Shown here piece by piece: positions 63,082-64,000 of a DNA stretch of 64,000 nt. The position numbers were made by a program, and so were the translations under genes. Every line of letters begins with the position of its first letter. The first letter of the stretch is position 1. The notes under the pieces were generated by a model. It was not told the origin of the DNA. It did not search any database and was given only the letters and a program-made list of their open reading frames with translations. This DNA is from Tubulanus polymorphus (Eukaryota; Animalia; Nemertea). The DNA is taken from positions 10,070,850-10,134,849 of the forward strand of contig NC_134029.1 of assembly GCF_964204645.1 (NCBI RefSeq). Direction: 5' to 3'.

Positions 63082-64000
63082 CGAATATAACTGAATCGAA
63101 AATATGCGATAATTCGATACATTATCGTTGTAAATGTGACAATAATTTTAATGGGATTTAACGATGGGTTTGTTTGTGCTCAGATTTTGACAAAATATCT
63201 ATAGAAGTACATGTTGCTGGTTTCTGAATCAATTGCAGGTCAATCACATTGTTGAAATGAACAATAAATACAATTTGAAAAGCTGATGTGGTCGTTCACC
63301 AAGGTTTTTCTGTTTGACGATATATTGTGTACCTTAAATGGTTTTTACCCCACTTGGGACTTGTGCCCCAGCAGGCTGTTGCATTCACTTTTGGTCCGTC
63401 TCCCGTCCGTTCGTCCGTGACGGAATCCAGATATTTTATAATAGAAACATAACCGTATTTCTACCGTACTTCTATATGTATCGGTACCTATGTATATTTT
63501 GTTACTGCAATCAATTGCAAAATTCTAATGTCATAGAGTCTATGATTATGGTGATTTTCAAGATCACTGTATTTGTTCAACAGAGGGCCTTGAATAATTA
63601 TAGTATTGTCAGATTGCCAAGCATTTTACCAAGTGGGCAAGGCATTCCTATACCCCCAGTACAAACTGTTAACTCATTTCAACCGCGTTCAATAACCCAC
63701 TAAAATTTCATATATCATATCGTATGACAGTGATGGACAGCAATTTGTGTATATTAAGCTGAAGTATTTGTAAATGCTAAATTGTGTTACTATGTTGCTC
63801 CCATAGGGATGAATCTAAATTTCAATCATCAATGTTGACTTTTATCCGATCGGCCCTCTACAAATGATTGAAATTAATAACCAAAAGCCATGGTCAATAA
63901 ACGGGTTGGATGAATATTTTGCATGCGCAAAATTTAAGAAAATCGATTTTCGTGTATGCAAAAATTGAGGTCCATGCAGATTTATTCTTCAATTTGGCCA

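Overview
Eukaryotic, AT-rich, intron-rich animal genomic DNA, probably a lophotrochozoan-type invertebrate (inferred from gene content only). No prokaryotic genes or CRISPR array were found. The left half holds a tandem array of three + strand SLC22 (organic cation/carnitine transporter-like, MFS) paralogues: intact copy A (744-8280, 11 coding exons, ~566 aa), a decayed pseudogene B (~10060-18830) and intact copy C (25497-34767, 11 exons, ~560 aa). A fourth, more divergent SLC22 gene D lies on the - strand (47424-38117, 8 exons). Its 6.6-kb last intron contains an intronless rhodopsin-class GPCR on the same strand (40064-39114). A 6-exon PDGF/VEGF-family (Pvf-like) gene lies on the + strand (51310-63081, ~408 aa). 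The rest is MITEs (IS3EU-like, Harbinger-like), Helitron-like repeats, LINE/SINE remnants and long microsatellites. The most striking observation is a ~149-bp block in intron 5 that is almost identical in copies A and C. It carries a branch-point-like motif, a pyrimidine tract, an AG, a 72-nt cassette with an in-frame TAA and a GT donor. It is a candidate conserved poison exon, or an alternative last exon, placed between the two 6-TM halves of the transporter. All gene models were built by eye from splice signals, reading phase and family motifs; no expression data were available.
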